Shown here: positions 27,173-35,933 of the stretch, piece after piece
How positions within the stretch are numbered: position 1 is the stretch's first letter
Layout: each line of letters opens with the position of its first letter
From: an uncultured Peptococcaceae bacterium
GTDB lineage: Bacteria; Bacillota; Dehalobacteriia; UBA4068
DNA: 54,227 bases
Reading direction: 5' to 3'
NCBI GenBank assembly: GCA_964372025.1
Contig: CAYJPF010000004.1
Location: forward strand, 1-54,227
Notes under the pieces: model-generated
The model's database searches: none
Seen by the model: the letters and a program-made list of their open reading frames with translations, nothing else
Told to the model about the DNA's origin: nothing
Translations under genes and position numbers: made by a program

Positions 27173-30100
27173 ATGGCTAAACAATTTGAGGTTTATATGT
27201 TTGCAAATTTACGGCAAGCGCTTTTTAAGCCGGAAGTTTTGGAACAGTTTAATATTAATAAGCGAGCTTGGCAATCATTATTAAAAGAAGATAATTGGTC
27301 GGAAATATTTAAAGACTTGGCAGCTAAAAATAATCGTTATAGCTGTGCCGAGGTTTTAGATTTGGCCAAAAATACCATGCAAAAATTAGCGCCAACCCCC
27401 CAGGAGGGCTGGTTGCGCTTTATTTATGATTATAATCGTAATTTACTTTTTCCGCAGAGCGAATTTGAACCCAGGGCTAAAGAATATGGCGATGCGGCCT
27501 TGTTTTACCTGGTATTATTACAGGTTTTATTAAATGAGGAAAAAAAATATATGCCCTTTGATTGGCGCATGGATTTTTGCTTTTTAAATGAGGATCAATA
27601 TTTAGCTACCGATACCGCCGAGGAATATCAATTATTGCTTAAATATTGGCAGCAAAATTTTGTTTATGAGCTATTACGCTTAACCGGCGAGGTTATGCCT
27701 TTTTGCACATTATCGCATATAGCCGGGGTGCATCATTTGGCAATTAGCTGCGCTTTAGATTTAAAAAATGCCGGGGCTAGCCTGGATTTAGCCTTAATTT
27801 CCGGTGCGGCCTTAACCCATGATATTGGTAAATATGGCTGTAAACCGCATGAAAAAGTGCCTTATTTACATTATTATTATAGCGATTTATGGTGCAATCA
27901 GCGAGCATTGCCCACAATTGGCCATATTGCGGCTAACCATTCTACCTGGGATTTAGAATTGGAATTATTAAGGGTAGAATCCTTATTCTTAATTTATGCT
28001 GATTTTAGAGTACGGGAGATTATCGAAGAAGATCAGCCACGGCAAATGATGATTTTGCCTTTAAAGAATGCCTTTGATGCAATTTTGAACAAATTAGATA
28101 GCGTGGATGAGTATAAATTGCAACGATATGAATTTGTTTATGCCAAATTGCATGATTTTGAGGTTTATTTAAGGCGCCGTGGTGTAAATGTGGAGTTAGA
28201 TAGCAAATTAAGGCCGATTTTGCCCTTAAATGATACTGCCTTAATGGATTATAATCAAGTTGTGGCGGCTTTAAAATATTTAAGTATTGATCATAATATT
28301 TCGCTAATGCATCATTTGGGCAGCGAACGGCTATTTGGTAATATCCTAGAAGCCGCGCGTGGCGAAAAAAATTGGAAGAATATCCGGGCTTATTTGAACA
28401 TTTTTGAAGAGTATTTTGCTTATTTAAATCAAGGCCAAAAAGTGCAAACCCTTAGCTTTTTATATGAATTATTAATGCATAGAGAAGGGGATATTAGGCG
28501 CGCGGCAGCCGGCTTAATGGGCCAAATTATTGCTAATTTTAATAAGGGCTATATTAAACAATTGCCGGATAGCGAGCAAATTCACCCTGCTAAGGAGCTT
28601 GCTTTAAATCTTTGGCAAAAATATTTGCATAGGGTAATTATTCCCGATCATAAACTAAGCAGCCAGCATAAAAGCTGGGTTGGCTATACTTTAAAAATAA
28701 TTATATCCTCGGTATTAGAATATTGCGAGCCTAATGAGCGTAGCATATATATCCAACCTTTAATGACATATTTTACCGATACCCATAGCCTACATGATAC
28801 CACTTCTTTTGTGCTTTTGGATGCGATGACTTATCTGCCTTTGGAATTATGCGGCGAAGCGGAATTAAGCCGTTTGAGTAATTTTGCCATTGATACGGTA
28901 AATCATCCTAATTTGGAATTAAGGGTGGCTGCTTTAAGGGTATTGCGGCGCTTGGCCGAGCTGGTTAAGGATGATAATTCCTCTTTGCCTCAAAGGCTAA
29001 AAGATTTTGCCCTTAATTTTGATGATCAGAATATCGATGCTTTAATCTTCCTTAAAAGACGAATGATGCGGGTTTTATGCTTGGATGATAGCTGCGCTAA
29101 TGAGCGCCTGGATAGTGGCGAAATCATTGCCGATATTTTCTTAGATAATCTTAAAACGGCTACACCTTGGATTATTAAGGCAATTAATATTAAGCTTTTG
29201 CTGGATAAGATTGAGAAAGGTAATCAGGAGCACTTATTGCATATTGCTGCCCATCTTTCTAATTTAATTAAGGTTAGCGAAAGGGTTGTGGTGCGCCATG
29301 ATGCCGGCCAGGCCTTGCTAAAGATTATCCCTTTGCTAACAATCGATCAAAGAAATGAAATTGCCGTTGAATTAACCAAAGGCTTAGAGGTGGGCGAATA
29401 CGAGTTTTCGAAGTATATTCCCGAATATTTAGGCCAACTTTTGCTTTATTTATCACCCGAAGAATTAGATGAAATGATTAAAAGGATTAATCAGCTGTTA
29501 AGCGGCAATAATGAGCGCATAATTTCGGTGGCTTTGGCCACAATCGGCATTATTGTGCAGGCTTATGATGGCTATTTAGCACGCTTTAATGAAACGCCGG
29601 CTCGCTATCAAAAACGCCTGGAAGTATTATTGGGCATGATTTTAAAAAGCCTGGCCAGCCATCATGATACGGTGCGGCAGGAGGCTTTATTGGTTTTGGG
29701 CAAAGGGGTTTTTGGTAATAATAAAATTTCCCTTAATGAAAAAAATAATATCTTTAATCTGATTTGCAAAAAAATGCTATTTTTAATTCGCGAAAATGAT
29801 GAAGATGAATTAACCTTTTATTATAGCTCGTCGGCACTTAATCATTTTTATCGCTTTATGGCCTTAAAAAGCATGGATAGCAGCCGCTTTAAGCAGCAAG
29901 CTAAACGCAAAATTGCCTTTTTTCCCGGCACTTTCGATCCTTTTACTTTATCGCATAAAGGTATTGTCCAGGAAATTTTGAATTTAGGCTTTGAGGTATT
30001 GCTTTCTTTAGATGAATTTTCCTGGTCTAAAAAAACGCAACCGCGCTTAATTAGGCGCCAAATTGCCTCGATATCGGTAGCAGATGAATTTAATGTGCAT

Positions 30101-32023
30101 ATATTTGATGATTCTTTGCCGGTAAATATCGCCAATAATGATGATTTAAAACGCTTATCAGCTGCCTTAGAAGGTCGTGAAATTTATATTGTGGTGGGCT
30201 CGGATGTGGTGCTTAATGCTTCGGCTTATACTAAGCCCCTTGCCGATTTTTCGATTCATAATTGGAATCATATTATCTTTAGCCGTGCCTCTAATACGGC
30301 TTGGCGGCCGGAAAATCATCATGCTTATCAGCAGATTAAGGGCGATATTATCGAATTATCTTTGCCAATGCATCTGGAAGATATCAGCTCTACCCGTATC
30401 CGGGAAAATATCGATAATAATCGTGATATTTCGCATTTGATTGATCCTGCTGCTCAGGAATTTATTTATTATCATAGCCTTTATTTGCGAGAGCCGCAAT
30501 ATAAGCCGGTTTTGCGCTCTAAGGCCATGCAGTTTAACTATTTTGCTGATTTAGATCAAGCTTTAATCGAGCAATTATTAAGGCAAATCGATTGCAGTGA
30601 TCATCATTTTGCAAATCTAGCTGCCAATTTAGCAAGTAAAAATAATCAGGCGCTGATGATTAGTTTAGGCGATAATCAGCAGCAAGCTTTAGGGATTATC
30701 TTTATGCGCATCATTAATAGCTCGGATTTATATGAGCAATTACATGATATCCGCTTGGCCGATTTAATTCGCAAAAAAGCCAATGGGCGTATTCTTTTAA
30801 TCAGTGGCGCCTTATTTTGCGAGGATATCGAACAAGATAATAATATACAGCTATTATTAAACGAAGCCTTAGCGATGGCTTTGGCAGATAATTGTATTTT
30901 TGGTATTTATAATCCGGCAGCCAATATTTTAAGCAGCCCTTTAATCCAGCATAATCTGGAAAAGCAAGGTTTTAACAAAATTAGCGGCGGCCATGGGCTT
31001 TATACGGTAAATATGCATGAACCGCTAGTATTAATTCAAAACCTGGAAACTTCTATTAAAGAGCCTTTGGCTTCCAATCCGCAAGTAATTGCGGCCACAC
31101 GCAAGGCGCATCATCGCCTGCAGCTGGCCTTAAATAATTTATTTCCCGGTAATTTAGTGCTTTCTTTGGCGGCATCTACCATTCATCAAAGATTAATGGA
31201 GGAAATTACCGGCATCAATCAGGTTTCGATGCAACAAAGCATGCCACGCAAGCTGGGCGATTATATGTGTGTGCCTTTTGGCAAAATGCTGCGGGGCAAG
31301 GTTGTGCCCAATACTGTAACAAAAACCCTGCATACGGATAAAGTGTATAACCCCGATATTAGCCAAAGCACTATTCAGGCTTATCCTTATTATTCCAAGC
31401 TATCTAATCAGATTAGAACCATTAGCTCTTTTCAGCGGCAAATCATTTTAGTGGATGATATTTTACATGCAGGCGATAGAATGATTGCCCTCGACCCTTT
31501 ATTTAAAGCCGGAGATTTGGATATAAAAATGGTTTTAGTGGGGGTATTATCCGGTTATGGCCGCGACTTAATGGCTGTTAAAGGCTATGATACTAAAGGC
31601 GTTTATTATGTTCCTACTATTAAATATTGGTTTGTGGAATCTACCCTTTATCCATTTATCGGTGGTGATACTATTAAGCGCGAAGGCTTGCCCATTTTTG
31701 GCCTTTTGCCTTCTATTAATATGGTTTTACCCTATGCCGCCCCATTTTTTGCCAAGGATTGCTCGGGTCAGGCCATTTATGATTTTTCGCTTACTTGCTT
31801 GGAAAATGCTCGCGATTTATTCTTAACCTTAGAGGCCGAGTATCGCAATATGTTCGAGCGTAATTTATCCTTAAGCCGCCTATCCGAGGCAGTAATCTTG
31901 CCGCTTTGCCCGGATAAAGGCAGCTGCCTCAGCTACGACCCATCATTAAGTGTATCCACTTATTTAGAAAATGATATTGAAATGATAATCCGTAATAAAA
32001 ATGTTATAGTTAGGGAGGGCTAA
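27173..32023 (+). CDS. 1616-aa multidomain protein: HD phosphohydrolase + HEAT-like repeats + NadD/CoaD-type nucleotidyltransferase + GNAT-like segment + type I phosphoribosyltransferase
   Basis: Uninterrupted 4.85-kb ORF. Motifs: LTHDIGKYG and IGHIAANH (HD); HEAT-like repeats such as NLELRVAALRVLRRL; FFPGTFDPFTLSH plus ISSTRIREN (nucleotidyltransferase); QIILVDDILHAGDRM (PRPP loop). Confidence 0.85.
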   Translation: MAKQFEVYMFANLRQALFKPEVLEQFNINKRAWQSLLKEDNWSEIFKDLAAKNNRYSCAEVLDLAKNTMQKLAPTPQEGWLRFIYDYNRNLLFPQSEFEPRAKEYGDAALFYLVLLQVLLNEEKKYMPFDWRMDFCFLNEDQYLATDTAEEYQLLLKYWQQNFVYELLRLTGEVMPFCTLSHIAGVHHLAISCALDLKNAGASLDLALISGAALTHDIGKYGCKPHEKVPYLHYYYSDLWCNQRALPTIGHIAANHSTWDLELELLRVESLFLIYADFRVREIIEEDQPRQMMILPLKNAFDAILNKLDSVDEYKLQRYEFVYAKLHDFEVYLRRRGVNVELDSKLRPILPLNDTALMDYNQVVAALKYLSIDHNISLMHHLGSERLFGNILEAARGEKNWKNIRAYLNIFEEYFAYLNQGQKVQTLSFLYELLMHREGDIRRAAAGLMGQIIANFNKGYIKQLPDSEQIHPAKELALNLWQKYLHRVIIPDHKLSSQHKSWVGYTLKIIISSVLEYCEPNERSIYIQPLMTYFTDTHSLHDTTSFVLLDAMTYLPLELCGEAELSRLSNFAIDTVNHPNLELRVAALRVLRRLAELVKDDNSSLPQRLKDFALNFDDQNIDALIFLKRRMMRVLCLDDSCANERLDSGEIIADIFLDNLKTATPWIIKAINIKLLLDKIEKGNQEHLLHIAAHLSNLIKVSERVVVRHDAGQALLKIIPLLTIDQRNEIAVELTKGLEVGEYEFSKYIPEYLGQLLLYLSPEELDEMIKRINQLLSGNNERIISVALATIGIIVQAYDGYLARFNETPARYQKRLEVLLGMILKSLASHHDTVRQEALLVLGKGVFGNNKISLNEKNNIFNLICKKMLFLIRENDEDELTFYYSSSALNHFYRFMALKSMDSSRFKQQAKRKIAFFPGTFDPFTLSHKGIVQEILNLGFEVLLSLDEFSWSKKTQPRLIRRQIASISVADEFNVHIFDDSLPVNIANNDDLKRLSAALEGREIYIVVGSDVVLNASAYTKPLADFSIHNWNHIIFSRASNTAWRPENHHAYQQIKGDIIELSLPMHLEDISSTRIRENIDNNRDISHLIDPAAQEFIYYHSLYLREPQYKPVLRSKAMQFNYFADLDQALIEQLLRQIDCSDHHFANLAANLASKNNQALMISLGDNQQQALGIIFMRIINSSDLYEQLHDIRLADLIRKKANGRILLISGALFCEDIEQDNNIQLLLNEALAMALADNCIFGIYNPAANILSSPLIQHNLEKQGFNKISGGHGLYTVNMHEPLVLIQNLETSIKEPLASNPQVIAATRKAHHRLQLALNNLFPGNLVLSLAASTIHQRLMEEITGINQVSMQQSMPRKLGDYMCVPFGKMLRGKVVPNTVTKTLHTDKVYNPDISQSTIQAYPYYSKLSNQIRTISSFQRQIILVDDILHAGDRMIALDPLFKAGDLDIKMVLVGVLSGYGRDLMAVKGYDTKGVYYVPTIKYWFVESTLYPFIGGDTIKREGLPIFGLLPSINMVLPYAAPFFAKDCSGQAIYDFSLTCLENARDLFLTLEAEYRNMFERNLSLSRLSEAVILPLCPDKGSCLSYDPSLSVSTYLENDIEMIIRNKNVIVREG

Positions 32024-32025
32024 TT

Positions 32026-33264
32026 GTGAAATATTATAGCTTTAATGATATGATTTTTGGATCATTTGAAGATTTGGATTTACCGCAGATACCGGAGCCG
32101 GAAAAAAGGCCGAATTTTATGCTTTATCAAAGAGATATTGCTAAAAATAAAGCCGCTTTTGCCCTAACTGATATCGGCCAAATTCGCCCTGATAGCCAAG
32201 AGAGCCATCATTGGCTTAATCGTAGCCGCTTGCAAGCAGGGGAGTTTTATGATGCCAAGCTGGCCGCCTATTTAGCAGAAGGGCCACTAAAAGCTATTAA
32301 TATCAATCATCCCTCTTGGCAAAGAATAGCACTTGCTTATCCAATTAATCATTCGCGGCGAGTAAATATTATTGCCTTGGGCGATGTGGGCGCTACCATG
32401 TTAATGGGCTTGCGGCTTTTAGGCGGCGAAGTAATCAGCAAAATTGGCATTTATGATCTTAATCAAAAAAATGCCGAGCGTTATGAGTTTGAGATGAATC
32501 AAGTTATCGATGGCCATGATTATGATACCCTGCCCCCGGTAGAGGTGATTAATGAGGAGCAAATATTTGATTGCGCGGTGCTGATTTTTTGCGCAGCTGC
32601 CAATTTGCCGCCGGTAGATAGCCAGGTTAAGGATGTACGCATGGCTCAATTTGCGGCTAATCGTAAAATTATCGGCGAATATGCGCGTAAAGCCAGAAAA
32701 GCCAAATTTATGGGCTTTTGTTGTGTAGTTAGTGATCCGGTTGATTTATTATGCAAAGAATTATTTACTGTATCCAATACCAATGAACAGGGCGAGTTTG
32801 ATGGCTTGGGGATTAGGGCTGAATTTATTCAAGGCTATGGCTTAGGGGTTATGAATGCCCGTGCTGCCTATTTTGCCAAAAAAGATAGCCGCTTTAGCTC
32901 GTTTTTAACTGAAGGCCGAGCCTTTGGGCCCCATGGCAATGATTTGATTATTGCCAATTCGATTAATAATTATAATCATGATTTATCCTTAGAATTAACA
33001 GCCAAAGCGGTAACTGCCAATATGCAAATGCGTAAACTGGGCTTTAAGCCATATATTGCGCCGGCTTTATCCTCGGCTGCTTTAGCAATTATCCGCACTT
33101 TAGGTGGTAAGTGGCAATATAGCTCGGTATTTTTAGGCGGCATTTATATGGGCTGCAAAAATCGCTATTTATATCAAGGTAATCAAGTAGAATGCCTGCC
33201 TTTGCCCGATAAACTATATCAAAGAATAGAGGAGGCGGCGCATAATTTAGCCCAAATTAATTAA
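32026..33264 (+). CDS. L-lactate/malate dehydrogenase-family oxidoreductase with ~100-aa N-terminal extension
   Basis: GTG start 3 nt after the upstream stop, with SD GGGAGGG. Rossmann INIIALGDVGATMLMG, then VSDPVDLL, GVMNARAAYF and FGPHGND (catalytic His context). Confidence 0.8.
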   Translation: MKYYSFNDMIFGSFEDLDLPQIPEPEKRPNFMLYQRDIAKNKAAFALTDIGQIRPDSQESHHWLNRSRLQAGEFYDAKLAAYLAEGPLKAININHPSWQRIALAYPINHSRRVNIIALGDVGATMLMGLRLLGGEVISKIGIYDLNQKNAERYEFEMNQVIDGHDYDTLPPVEVINEEQIFDCAVLIFCAAANLPPVDSQVKDVRMAQFAANRKIIGEYARKARKAKFMGFCCVVSDPVDLLCKELFTVSNTNEQGEFDGLGIRAEFIQGYGLGVMNARAAYFAKKDSRFSSFLTEGRAFGPHGNDLIIANSINNYNHDLSLELTAKAVTANMQMRKLGFKPYIAPALSSAALAIIRTLGGKWQYSSVFLGGIYMGCKNRYLYQGNQVECLPLPDKLYQRIEEAAHNLAQIN

Positions 33265-33281
33265 ACGCCGACAGCTTATTA

Positions 33282-34346
33282 ATGGAAAATAAAGAGCTAA
33301 TTTTGATTATGCCGCAGGCAAATAGTACTATACCGCCACGCCTAACAGAGCTGCTTGGCGATTGTTTGGCTAGCTATCAAATCGAGCAAACCTGGCTGAT
33401 GGCCGAGCAAATGAAGCCTTTATCAGGCCAAAAAATACTATTTATAATTAGCTTGGATGAGCAGGGCTTAAATTATGAATATTATCGTTTTTTGGCCAAA
33501 ATTAGGGGCAATAGCAATTTATTTAAAGATTGCCTAGCGGCCTTAATTATTGATGGCCAAAGCGAGCTTTATACCAAATCGATAGGCCGTGAGCTGGTTT
33601 TGGCTGCTAATCAGGCCGGTTGTGCCTTTATTGGCCGCCCTTTGGTCGAGGCTACCTTATCCCTAAATAATTTTGAGGTACAGGCCGAATTTAGCGGCTT
33701 TAGCCTTTTTGCCAGCTATCAAACGGCGGTTAATAATTTGCTAAAACGGCTTTTTATTAAGCAGCCGCCTTATTGTGCTGCCTCCAGCGATTTGCTGGTA
33801 ATCCATGCTGCCGCCCATGCCAAATCAAATACACATGCTTTGTGGTCGATGGTAAAAAGCCACTTAGATGGCTTAACTATTAAAGAAATTGGCTTGCGTA
33901 ACGGTTCGATGGTCGATTGCAGCGGCTGCCCCTATACTATGTGCCTGCATTATGGCGAGCGCTCCGATTGCTATTATGGCGGGATTATCACCACCGATTG
34001 CTACCCGGCTTTAGAAAAATCTAAGGCCTTGCTTTTATTATGCCCTAATTATAATGATGCTTTATCGGCCAATTTAACTGCCTTTATCAATCGCTTAACT
34101 GCCCTTTATCGGCGACAGCCCTTTTTTAGCAAGGCTGTTTTTGCGCTTATTGTTTCCGGCTATTCGGGCAGCGATATTTTGGCCGGCCAGATTATTTCCG
34201 GCCTATGCATGAATAAATCTTTTTTTCTGCCGCCTAATTTTTGCCTAATGCAAACCGCCAATTATCCGGGTAGCATCAATACTATTGCCGATATCGAAAA
34301 ACAAGCCGCCCTATTTGGCCAACAAATTCGAGAAATTTATAAATAA
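33282..34346 (+). CDS. flavodoxin-fold NAD(P)H-dependent FMN reductase / iron-sulfur flavoprotein-like protein (two-lobed)
   Basis: The C-terminal half has LLVIHAAAHAKSNTHALW and LLLCPNYNDALSANLTAFINRL plus the Cys cluster CSGCPYTMCLHYGERSDC. No clear SD; the gap to the upstream gene is 17 nt. Confidence 0.7.
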   Translation: MENKELILIMPQANSTIPPRLTELLGDCLASYQIEQTWLMAEQMKPLSGQKILFIISLDEQGLNYEYYRFLAKIRGNSNLFKDCLAALIIDGQSELYTKSIGRELVLAANQAGCAFIGRPLVEATLSLNNFEVQAEFSGFSLFASYQTAVNNLLKRLFIKQPPYCAASSDLLVIHAAAHAKSNTHALWSMVKSHLDGLTIKEIGLRNGSMVDCSGCPYTMCLHYGERSDCYYGGIITTDCYPALEKSKALLLLCPNYNDALSANLTAFINRLTALYRRQPFFSKAVFALIVSGYSGSDILAGQIISGLCMNKSFFLPPNFCLMQTANYPGSINTIADIEKQAALFGQQIREIYK

Positions 34347-34360
34347 TCAATGGCTAATTA

Positions 34361-34389
34361 TTGTAGTTTTTAAGGGGATATGTTATAAT
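34361..34389 (+). promoter_or_regulatory. putative sigma-A promoter of the polyamine operon
   Basis: TTGTAG (34361-34366), 17-nt spacer, extended -10 TGtTATAAT (TATAAT 34384-34389). Confidence 0.5.
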
Positions 34390-34480
34390 TACTATATATG
34401 ATTATAATAATTTAAAGGCCATACAAACTCCCAGCTAGGGCTGGCTAGATGTTCTTAGATTTGCGCAGGAGGAAAATAAT

Positions 34481-35929
34481 TTGGACAAAAATAAGCAAAG
34501 TTATGCACCTATCAAAGAGGCTTTGCAGCATTTTTCGGAATTAAGGGTTGTGCCCTTTGATGTGCCCGGCCATAAAAGGGGCAAAGGTAATGATGAATTA
34601 AAAGCATTTTTAGGCGGCAAATGCCTGGAAATGGATGTAAACTCGATGAAGCCTTTGGATAATTTGGCGCATCCGGTTTCGGTTATTTATGAGGCAGAAG
34701 TTTTGGCCGCCCAGGCTTTTGGCGCAGGCCATGCCTTTTTTATGGTTAATGGTACTACTGCGGCTGTGCAAAATATGCTCTTTTTTAGCTTGCGGCGTGG
34801 CGATAAAGTTATTTTGCCGCGTAATGTTCATAAAAGCGTGGTTAATGCCCTGATTATTACCGGGGCTATTCCGGTTTATGTTAAGCAACCCTTGCATCCA
34901 AGCTTGCATATATCCCTAGGGATGCAGGTGGAGGAGGTTAAAAAGGCCATTGCCGAGCATCCCGATGCCAAGGCGGTTTTTTGCAATAGCCCTACCTATT
35001 ATGGTATTTGCTCCGATTTAAAAACAATAGCCCAATTGGCGCATCAGGCCAATATGCTGCTTTTAGTGGACGAGGCTCATGGCACCCATTTTAATTTTGG
35101 CGAGGGTTTTCCCATTTCGGCCATGGCAGCCGGTGCCGATTTAGCGGCAATTAGCATGCATAAATCGGGCTGCTCTTTAACCCAAAGCGCCTTTTTATTA
35201 AGTGGCCCCAATATCGATAAAGAGGCTTTGCGCCAAACCATCAACTTAACCCAAACCACCAGCGCCTCTTATTTATTGCTGGCCTCTTTGGATATTTCGC
35301 GCAAGAACTTGGCCTTAAATGGTCGCCAAATTTTTGAGCATGTTAAGCAAATGGCCTGCTATGCGCGGGAGGAAATTAATAAAATCGGCGCTTATTATGC
35401 CTATGGTGCCGAATTGATAGATAATGATACCGTCTTTGATTTTGATTTAAGCAAGCTAGCGGTAGCCACCGCCGGCAGCGGTTTATCAGGCATGGAAGTT
35501 TATGATATTTTGCGTGATGAATATGATATCCAAATCGAATTTGGCGATATTTCCAATATTTTGGCCTATATTTCGGTAGGGGATAAAGAGCAGCATATCG
35601 AGCGCTTAGTAGGCGCTTTAGCCGAAATTGCCCGCCGTTTTAGCAAAGAAAAACGCGAACTTTTACTATATCCTTTGCCCCAAACCTTAGTTGCTATTAG
35701 CCCGCAGGAGGCCTATTATGGCGCAAAAGTTTCGGTGCCAATTGAGCAAACCATAGGCAAAATTATGGGCGAGATAGCCATGTGCTATCCACCCGGTATC
35801 CCAATTTTAGCGCCCGGCGAATTAATCAATGCCGAGGCTATCGAGTATATTCGCTATGCTAAGGAAATTGGCTGCTCGATTATCGGCACCCATGATCCGG
35901 AAGTAAAACATTTAGCGGTTTTGAGGTGA
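34481..35929 (+). CDS. speA: Orn/Lys/Arg decarboxylase family, likely biosynthetic arginine decarboxylase
   Basis: 482 aa, fold-type I PLP decarboxylase like B. subtilis SpeA. PLP-Lys context SMHKSGCSLTQS. TTG start 8 nt after AGGAGG. Followed by speE and speB. Confidence 0.8.
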   Translation: MDKNKQSYAPIKEALQHFSELRVVPFDVPGHKRGKGNDELKAFLGGKCLEMDVNSMKPLDNLAHPVSVIYEAEVLAAQAFGAGHAFFMVNGTTAAVQNMLFFSLRRGDKVILPRNVHKSVVNALIITGAIPVYVKQPLHPSLHISLGMQVEEVKKAIAEHPDAKAVFCNSPTYYGICSDLKTIAQLAHQANMLLLVDEAHGTHFNFGEGFPISAMAAGADLAAISMHKSGCSLTQSAFLLSGPNIDKEALRQTINLTQTTSASYLLLASLDISRKNLALNGRQIFEHVKQMACYAREEINKIGAYYAYGAELIDNDTVFDFDLSKLAVATAGSGLSGMEVYDILRDEYDIQIEFGDISNILAYISVGDKEQHIERLVGALAEIARRFSKEKRELLLYPLPQTLVAISPQEAYYGAKVSVPIEQTIGKIMGEIAMCYPPGIPILAPGELINAEAIEYIRYAKEIGCSIIGTHDPEVKHLAVLR

Positions 35930-35933
35930 TTTT

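Noticed and set aside
30177-30440. Alternative-frame plus-strand ORFs inside the giant gene (30177-30440 and 31587-31826)
   Set aside because: They are out of frame with a continuous 1616-codon ORF whose motifs span these regions (ISSTRIREN and the PRTase core). Their composition is hydrophobic and low-complexity, typical of +1/+2 frames of AT-rich coding DNA.
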